Source of the DNA: Candidatus Berkelbacteria bacterium
Lineage (GTDB): Bacteria > Patescibacteriota > UBA1384 > XYA2-FULL-43-10 > 1-14-0-10-43-13
Assembly: GCA_037140515.1 (NCBI GenBank)
Contig: JBAXEI010000003.1
Location: 300 to 64,299 of the forward strand
DNA: 64,000 bases
Direction of reading: 5' to 3'
In this document: positions 55,831 to 64,000 of the stretch, piece by piece
How the letters are laid out: each line of letters begins with the position of its first letter
Position numbering within the stretch: the stretch's first letter is position 1
Translations under genes and position numbers: made by a program
Notes under the pieces: model-generated
Told to the model about the DNA's origin: nothing
Seen by the model: only the letters and a program-made list of their open reading frames with translations
Databases searched by the model: none

Positions 55831-57615
55831 TTAGTCTATGACACGTTTCTTGTATGAGGTTTTGAAAGCAACGAAAGTATCACCGACAGCCACATTTGCC
55901 CCGATTGGGAGACCAAAGCCACACTCTGAGCCAGATTGGACCTCTTTGACGTCACTCTTCTCTCTTCGAAGCGAGAGGATCTTCGCTCGGTATTTCTCAT
56001 TTTTGCCTTGGAAAATCTTGATCTCATCGCCGACTGCAAGATGACCGCTCTCGACCATACCGCCAGCAACATAGCCCTTTTTGTCATCGCGGAAGATTCC
56101 TAGAACTTTGCCGTTTCCAACTTCGTCTTCGATGACGATTGGAGGCAAGATTGCGACGATTTCTTCTTTGATATAATCAATCATTTCGTAAATAATTGGG
56201 AAAAGCTTGAACTTGACCTGCTCTTTGTCAGCGATTCGCTTGGCTGCGCCAAACATTGCAACGCGAAAACCAAGAACTTGTGCGCCGGTCGCTCTAGCAA
56301 GAGTAATGTCCGATTCTGAAATTGTACCAACGCCATCAGCGATTATCTTGATCTGATAATCTTCGCCATAAATATTTGCAAGTGATGATTTGACCGCCTC
56401 AAGCGAGCCAACAACATCGCATTTGATGATAAGTTTGAGCTCATGCATCTCTGTCGCCTCTTCGCCGTCTTCGTGAGAAATTTTTCTCGCAGTTGCAATT
56501 CTGATGGTTGGTTTGAATTGCTCGGCCTTGATAGCATTTTCACGAGCTTCTTTCTCATCCGTGAAAGCAAGAAGTCTATCGCCAAAATTTGGCATAGATT
56601 TGAGTCCTGCAATCCGAACTGGTGTGCTTGGACCTGCGGATTCAATCGTTCGGCTTGCAAAGTCTTCTAAGATTCTGACTTTACCGTATGAAGAACCGAT
56701 CGCGATTGGCTGGCCACGGCGGATTGTACCGTTTTCGATAAGTACAGTCGCCATCGCGCCTGCGCCTTTTTGCATATGAGATTCAATCACAACACCAACG
56801 GCAACTTCAGCTGGATTTGCCTTGAGCTCCATCATTTCTGCTTGAAGCAAGATCATCTCAAGAAGGGCATCGATGCCGAGGCCGGTTTTGGCCGAGACCT
56901 CAACCATGACGGTTTTGCCGCCCCACTCTTCTGGCAAGAGTCCTGCATCAGAGAGCTGCTGCTTCACCTTCATGATATCAGCGTCAGGAAGATCTACTTT
57001 GTTTATCGCAACGATCAGAGGAACGCTAGTTGAAATTGCATTTTCAATAATTTCTCTTGTTTGTGGCATGACACCATCATTTGCAGCAACTATCAAAACT
57101 ACAATATCGGTAATAAGAGCACCGTGCTCACGCATAGCTGAAAAAGCGGCATGACCAGGAGTATCAATGAAAGTAATAGTTTTACCTTTGACATCTTTGT
57201 TTTTCGCATTTGTGAGAGTGACTTGATAAGCCGAGATATGCTGCGTGATTCCACCTGATTCACCGAGAGCAACATGCTCTTTGCGAATAGAGTCGAGCAA
57301 AGTAGTTTTGCCATGGTCTACGTGACCCATAATCGTAACGACTGGAGGGCGCTCGACGAGATCTTTTGGAGCCGAAACGACACGGACAGCCGAGTTTGTC
57401 TTCTTCACCTCTTCTTCGAGAGAAACCTCATAGTTCAGGTATTCTCCAATGATTGAAGCCGTTTCAAAATCAATAGTTTCATTGATAGAAGCCAAAATAC
57501 CATTTTTCATGAGCTCGGAAATGACAACACCTACCGGAAGGTTAGCTTTTTCAGCAAAAGCTTTGACGGTGATGACTGCTGGGATTGAAATTGGTTTTTT
57601 CTTGATTTCGATCAT
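55831..57615 (-). CDS. infB: Translation initiation factor IF-2 (short form)
   Basis: G-domain [12 protein letters not shown] and IF-2 C-terminal beta-barrels. 594 aa. Confidence 0.95.
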   Translation of the reverse strand: MIEIKKKPISIPAVITVKAFAEKANLPVGVVISELMKNGILASINETIDFETASIIGEYLNYEVSLEEEVKKTNSAVRVVSAPKDLVERPPVVTIMGHVDHGKTTLLDSIRKEHVALGESGGITQHISAYQVTLTNAKNKDVKGKTITFIDTPGHAAFSAMREHGALITDIVVLIVAANDGVMPQTREIIENAISTSVPLIVAINKVDLPDADIMKVKQQLSDAGLLPEEWGGKTVMVEVSAKTGLGIDALLEMILLQAEMMELKANPAEVAVGVVIESHMQKGAGAMATVLIENGTIRRGQPIAIGSSYGKVRILEDFASRTIESAGPSTPVRIAGLKSMPNFGDRLLAFTDEKEARENAIKAEQFKPTIRIATARKISHEDGEEATEMHELKLIIKCDVVGSLEAVKSSLANIYGEDYQIKIIADGVGTISESDITLARATGAQVLGFRVAMFGAAKRIADKEQVKFKLFPIIYEMIDYIKEEIVAILPPIVIEDEVGNGKVLGIFRDDKKGYVAGGMVESGHLAVGDEIKIFQGKNEKYRAKILSLRREKSDVKEVQSGSECGFGLPIGANVAVGDTFVAFKTSYKKRVID

Positions 57616-57775
57616 GTTTTAGCCTTATTGCATGCTAGTTATTAAGTATTTACCATAGCATACTTTCTGCTTCAAAGCAACTTGAAGCGCCTCCTTTTGA
57701 GAAGCTAGATACTCATACCTATCCAAAAATCGAAATAGCCAGCCACTTTTTACTGCGGCTGGCTATTGTCCCCTA

Positions 57776-60733
57776 TTATTTCTCTTCGCTCTCGGCAATA
57801 TGATTATCGTAATATTTTACATGTAGATTTGCCTTGATCTCATCTTCTTTTTTCTCCGCTGGAGTAGCAGCTGCTTTTACGACTGGTGCCTTTGCAGGCG
57901 TCTTCGCAACTGACTTTTTCTCGGTTGAAGCTGGAGCAATCTCCTTCTTTGCAGCTACCTTTAGAGCAGCTGGAGTCCCAAGCTCTTTCTCATCGTCAAA
58001 GGTGATTTGGCTCTGATCGTCAGTAATAGTATTTGTCTCGTCTGGAATGATGACCGCGACTGAAGAAACTTTGTCAGTTTCTTTCAATCTCATAAGAGTC
58101 ACGCCCTGAGTATCACGACCAAGCTTTTTGATATTCTTGATCTCCATACGAATGAACTGACCTTTTCGTGAAGCAAGAACAACGTCGCCAAGCTCGCTGT
58201 AGATGATGTGCATACCAATAACATTTCCGGTTCTGGTCGTACAGCTTGCGGCGCGAATTCCCATGCCACCACGTTTTTGAATATGGAAGTGTCTCAAATA
58301 TGTGCGTTTACCGAAGCCATTTTCAAGAACAACAAGCATATCTGGCTCGACTTTTAGCTTCTTCGAACTCTCTGTTGGCCAGAGCTCGCCAGAGACCATA
58401 TCCATCGCCATAACCTTGTCATTGCCACGGAGTTTCATACCAGTCACGCCTGAGGCACTTCGGCCCATAGGACGGACGTCTTGCTCGTCGTAGCAAATTG
58501 CTTGACCTTTTTCGGAAACTTCGACGATGATATCGCTACCGTTTGAAGTCTTGACCCACTTCAACTCATCCTTGTCCTTGAGACCGATCGCGATAATACC
58601 TGTTTTTCTTATATTGTCATACTTTTCGATCTCTGTTTTCTTTATTTGACCGAGAACTGTACCCATGATGAAGAATTTCTCATTTTTTTCGTTCTTAGAA
58701 ACGGTCAAAATGGCGGTGATCTTCTCATCCTGCGTAATTTGTATGATATTTACTACAGGCGTTCCCTTCGATTGTCTCGAAGTGGATGGCAGCTCATAAA
58801 CCTTGCTCTTAAATACTCTGCCTTTGTTTGAGAAGAAGTAGACATCATCATGCGTTCTAGCGCAGACCAAATGATCAACAATATCCTCTTCCTTTGTGGT
58901 CATTCCGACGACTCCAACGCCGCCGCGAATTTGTTTACGATATGTATCGACTTCCTGACGTTTGATGTAGTTACCACGGCTGAGAGAGACAATTACCTGT
59001 TCATCAGGAATTAGGTCCTCAGCGCGGAAATCGCCGAGTGCATGAGGTACGATCTCGGTTCGGCGAGCATCTCCCCACTTTTCAGATACTTCTTTGAGAT
59101 CGGCTTTGATAAGTCCGAGGATTTTTTCTGGATGATCAAGAAGATCAAGCAGATATGCGATTCGATCGAGAATCTCTTTGTACTCGTCTTCGATTCTCTT
59201 TCGCTCAAGAGCAGCCAAAGCAGATAATTTCATATCCAAGATAGCATCGGCTTGGCGATCAGAAAGGGCAAATTTCTCCATCAAATTTTTCTTTGCATCA
59301 TCTCTATTTGCAGACGCTCTGATCGTGTTGATGACTTCATCAATATGGTCAAGCGCGATCTTCAAACCTTCGAGAATATGAGCTCTGTCCTGTGCCTTCT
59401 TGAGGTCAAAACGAGTTCGTCTCTCAATAACTTCCTGCCGATGAGCAATATAGAAGCCAAGAACGTCCTTAAGTGTCATGACCTGAGGTTCAAGATCAGG
59501 AGTAAGTGCTAGCATATTTACATGAAAAGCAGTTTGAAGCTGTGTAAGCTCGAAAAGTCTATTTAGAACCTTTTTTGGATAAGAATTAGCCTTGAGCTCG
59601 ATTACAACGCGAACGCCCTTTCGATCTGACTCATCACGAAGGTCAGAGATGCCGTCAATCTTCTTCTCTTTGACCAAATCAGCAATTCGCTCGATCATCG
59701 TCGATTTGTTCACCTGATATGGGATTTCGGTGACGATAATGCGGAAACCACGCTTTGTCTCTTCGATATTGGCTTTCGCTCTCATAACAATCTTGCCTTT
59801 ACCCGTAGAGTAAGCGAGCTTGATATCTTCATTATTATAAATGATACCTGCAGTTGGGAAGTCAGGACCCTTGATGTGGACCATAAGGTCATCAATCGTG
59901 GCATCTGGATTATCGATCAGGTGAATTGTGCCATTGCAAAGCTCGACTAAATTGTGTGGTGGGATGTTCGTCGCCATACCAACAGCGATACCCATCGTAC
60001 CGTTCAGCAAAAGCTGAGGGACGCGAGCTGGCAAGACGACTGGCTCCTGAGTAGTACCATCGTATGTATCGGTCCAGTTTACAGTGTCTTTGTCCATGTC
60101 GAGGAGCATTTCCTCGGCGATCGCAGACATACGGCACTCCGTATAACGCATGGCAGCAGCCGAGTCACCATCCATCGAACCGAAGTTACCCTGACCATCT
60201 ACCATCATATAACGCATCGAGAAATCTTGGGCCATACGGACGAGTGTCTCGTAGACAGCCGTGTCACCATGTGGATGGTAGTTACCAATAACTTCACCAA
60301 CGACTTTCGCCGATTTTCGATATTTCACATTATGCCGAAGACCAGTGGCATGCATCGCATAGAGAACGCGACGATGAACTGGCTTCAAACCATCTCGAAC
60401 ATCAGGAAGGGCACGAGAAACGATGACGCTCATCGCATAGTCAAGATATGATGTTTCCATCTCGAGGACGAGGTCACGAGGGTGCATGAAACCGATCAGC
60501 GGATCGTATTTGTCCTCTGTGATCGAATTGTCATCCATTGATTCGTTTTTGACAAAAGAAGATCGCTCGTTTTCTACGACTTGATCTGCATCTGCAAGCA
60601 GCCCTTCATCGCCTTCGGCTGAATCCTTCGGAGAGTCTTCAGGAATCTCCTCGTCTTCAGAGTCTGGAGACTCAATTTCAGCCTCTTCAACGTCTACTTC
60701 CTCTACGTTGTCATCATTTTCTTCTTTATCCAT
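57776..60733 (-). CDS. gyrA: DNA gyrase subunit A (acidic N-terminal extension and K/A-rich C-terminal tail)
   Basis: Catalytic AAMRYTE Tyr motif and GyrA-box beta-pinwheel repeats. 985 aa. Confidence 0.95.
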   Translation of the reverse strand: MDKEENDDNVEEVDVEEAEIESPDSEDEEIPEDSPKDSAEGDEGLLADADQVVENERSSFVKNESMDDNSITEDKYDPLIGFMHPRDLVLEMETSYLDYAMSVIVSRALPDVRDGLKPVHRRVLYAMHATGLRHNVKYRKSAKVVGEVIGNYHPHGDTAVYETLVRMAQDFSMRYMMVDGQGNFGSMDGDSAAAMRYTECRMSAIAEEMLLDMDKDTVNWTDTYDGTTQEPVVLPARVPQLLLNGTMGIAVGMATNIPPHNLVELCNGTIHLIDNPDATIDDLMVHIKGPDFPTAGIIYNNEDIKLAYSTGKGKIVMRAKANIEETKRGFRIIVTEIPYQVNKSTMIERIADLVKEKKIDGISDLRDESDRKGVRVVIELKANSYPKKVLNRLFELTQLQTAFHVNMLALTPDLEPQVMTLKDVLGFYIAHRQEVIERRTRFDLKKAQDRAHILEGLKIALDHIDEVINTIRASANRDDAKKNLMEKFALSDRQADAILDMKLSALAALERKRIEDEYKEILDRIAYLLDLLDHPEKILGLIKADLKEVSEKWGDARRTEIVPHALGDFRAEDLIPDEQVIVSLSRGNYIKRQEVDTYRKQIRGGVGVVGMTTKEEDIVDHLVCARTHDDVYFFSNKGRVFKSKVYELPSTSRQSKGTPVVNIIQITQDEKITAILTVSKNEKNEKFFIMGTVLGQIKKTEIEKYDNIRKTGIIAIGLKDKDELKWVKTSNGSDIIVEVSEKGQAICYDEQDVRPMGRSASGVTGMKLRGNDKVMAMDMVSGELWPTESSKKLKVEPDMLVVLENGFGKRTYLRHFHIQKRGGMGIRAASCTTRTGNVIGMHIIYSELGDVVLASRKGQFIRMEIKNIKKLGRDTQGVTLMRLKETDKVSSVAVIIPDETNTITDDQSQITFDDEKELGTPAALKVAAKKEIAPASTEKKSVAKTPAKAPVVKAAATPAEKKEDEIKANLHVKYYDNHIAESEEK

Positions 60734-60750
60734 ATGTGTATCCTATATAT

Positions 60751-62862
<2,112 letters not shown>

Positions 62863-62912
62863 CTATTTTAGCGCCTTTTTTCGAATGTGGCAAGGCATTT
62901 CATGTACAAAAT

Positions 62913-64000
62913 TTACAGTTTGTGCGTAGAAATTATTTGATTTAGGTGAGCTAGAATATTTTTTTTGAAAATTTCTTTTGTAAACTTCTCAGCTTGAGCT
63001 CGGATTTTCTCAGAATCTAGGTCTAGCTTCTCAAGACATGCGACGGCACCAATAATCGAATCTGCGCTCTGTTCATCAAAAAGTACGCCAGTAACCCCGT
63101 CAATTACCGATTCGCTCTGTCCGCCCGTTCTGAAGGCAATCACAGGACGTCCAGCAGCCATGGCCTCGACTGGGACGATACCAAAATCTTCTTCCGCTGC
63201 AAAAACAAGCGCTTTTGCGTGTGAAAATATGCTTCGGAGCTCCTCTCCGAATTTGCCACCAAGGAATTCAACATTTTTGTTTGCGGAAGCCTCAAGCTTC
63301 TTGCGATCTGGACCGTAGCCAACAACTTTCAGTGGCAACTTTAGTTTATTGAAAGCTTCTATGACAATGTCACACCTTTTGTAATCAACTAGACGACTAA
63401 CAAAAAGGTAATAATCCTCAATCTCCGACTCTGGCAAGACCGTGAATTTCTCAACATCGATTGGCGGATAGACAACTTCGGCATCACGTTTATAGATTTT
63501 CTTAATACGATCAGCAATGTACTTCGAATTTGACATGAAATAATCAACTCGATCAGCGGCAACACGATCCCAGATACGCATTTGATGAATAGTTTTTTTT
63601 CTCAGCCATTGAAAAGCACCTCTTGCAGCGCGCGGGTCAACTTCTGGGTTCCACAAATATCTAGGTGGTGTATGGCAATATGAAACATGAATTGTTTCTG
63701 GCTTCGTAATCACGCCTTTTGCAGCCACGGTTGTGCTAGAGATGACAAGATCATACTTTGAGAGGTCAAACTGTTCAAACGCGATCGGTGTGAAAGGAAT
63801 TAGAACTTCTCTTTTCTTCTTCATAAACGGAATATTCTGCAAAATCGAGGTTCTGATATCGAAACCCTTGAAAGCAGGGGCCTTCTTCTCATCATAGACA
63901 GCAGTATAAATGGGCGCTTTTGGGAAAAGCTCCTTAAGTGCTAAGAGGACTTTTTCTGCTCCGGCAACGTTTGTGATCCACTCATGGACGAGTGCGATAT
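62913..64000 (-). CDS. Glycosyltransferase family 4 (GT-B), N-terminus beyond the window end
   Basis: EEDFGIVPVEAMAAGRPVIAFRTGG motif. The frame stays open upstream of the track's first start codon to 64000 (...IALVHEWITNVAGAEKVL...). Confidence 0.8.
   Translation of the reverse strand, partial: IALVHEWITNVAGAEKVLLALKELFPKAPIYTAVYDEKKAPAFKGFDIRTSILQNIPFMKKKREVLIPFTPIAFEQFDLSKYDLVISSTTVAAKGVITKPETIHVSYCHTPPRYLWNPEVDPRAARGAFQWLRKKTIHQMRIWDRVAADRVDYFMSNSKYIADRIKKIYKRDAEVVYPPIDVEKFTVLPESEIEDYYLFVSRLVDYKRCDIVIEAFNKLKLPLKVVGYGPDRKKLEASANKNVEFLGGKFGEELRSIFSHAKALVFAAEEDFGIVPVEAMAAGRPVIAFRTGGQSESVIDGVTGVLFDEQSADSIIGAVACLEKLDLDSEKIRAQAEKFTKEIFKKNILAHLNQIISTHKL

Overview
This 64-kb window looks like the translation core of a small, low-GC bacterial genome; the gene content is reminiscent of Patescibacteria/CPR (Saccharibacteria-like). 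The hints are a short 227-aa PheS, a short 594-aa IF-2, no bL30 gene between rpsE and rplO, a 324-aa Obg, and K/A-rich tails on several r-proteins. Nearly everything from 1 to about 49 kb is on the minus strand: a partial D-Ala-D-Ala carboxypeptidase, rluB-like, lysS, pheT, pheS, rbfA, then the alpha / spc / S10 ribosomal-protein superoperon (rpsI … rplC, a tRNA, rpsJ), tuf, fusA, rpsG, rpsL, rpoC, rpoB, obg, an M23/LysM peptidase and cdaR-cdaA. The window ends with infB, gyrA, gyrB and a partial GT4 glycosyltransferase. I see no rRNA, CRISPR array, integrase or transposase.

Features that break the conserved backbone:
- A two-gene plus-strand cassette of unknown function sits exactly between secY and rplO. 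It appears to have higher GC than its surroundings, a near-consensus promoter, and two copies of a 22-nt perfect palindrome.
- A family of six MITE-like nested-palindrome elements (TGTCATYC…GRATGACA ends, two subfamilies) lies in intergenic sites. One sits inside the fusA-tuf junction. Two same-orientation copies bracket a small gene within a roughly 3-kb insertion between rpsG and fusA.
- A tRNA reads as Val with an AAC anticodon (A34, unusual for bacteria). It lies between rpsJ and rplC, next to a 500-bp ORF-free spacer full of hairpins.
- An aspartate/glutamate-racemase-family gene is inserted beside rpsI, flanked by near-identical palindromic bidirectional terminators.
- An accessory stretch at 48.7-55.6 kb is built of single-gene units, each with a TTGACA-N17-TATAAT promoter, a GGAGG RBS and a hairpin terminator. 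Contents: tandem thioredoxin-fold paralogs without CxxC, a SAM methyltransferase, an ankyrin-like protein, a 625-aa repeat protein with a NYN/LabA-like PIN-type C-terminus, and a secreted protein.
- uL24 carries a C-terminal Cys4 zinc ribbon and bL36 carries an internal insertion.

The most likely candidates for something undescribed are the secY-rplO cassette, the MITE-bracketed rpsG-fusA island and the 48.7-55.6 kb accessory stretch. None of their proteins can be given a function from sequence alone.
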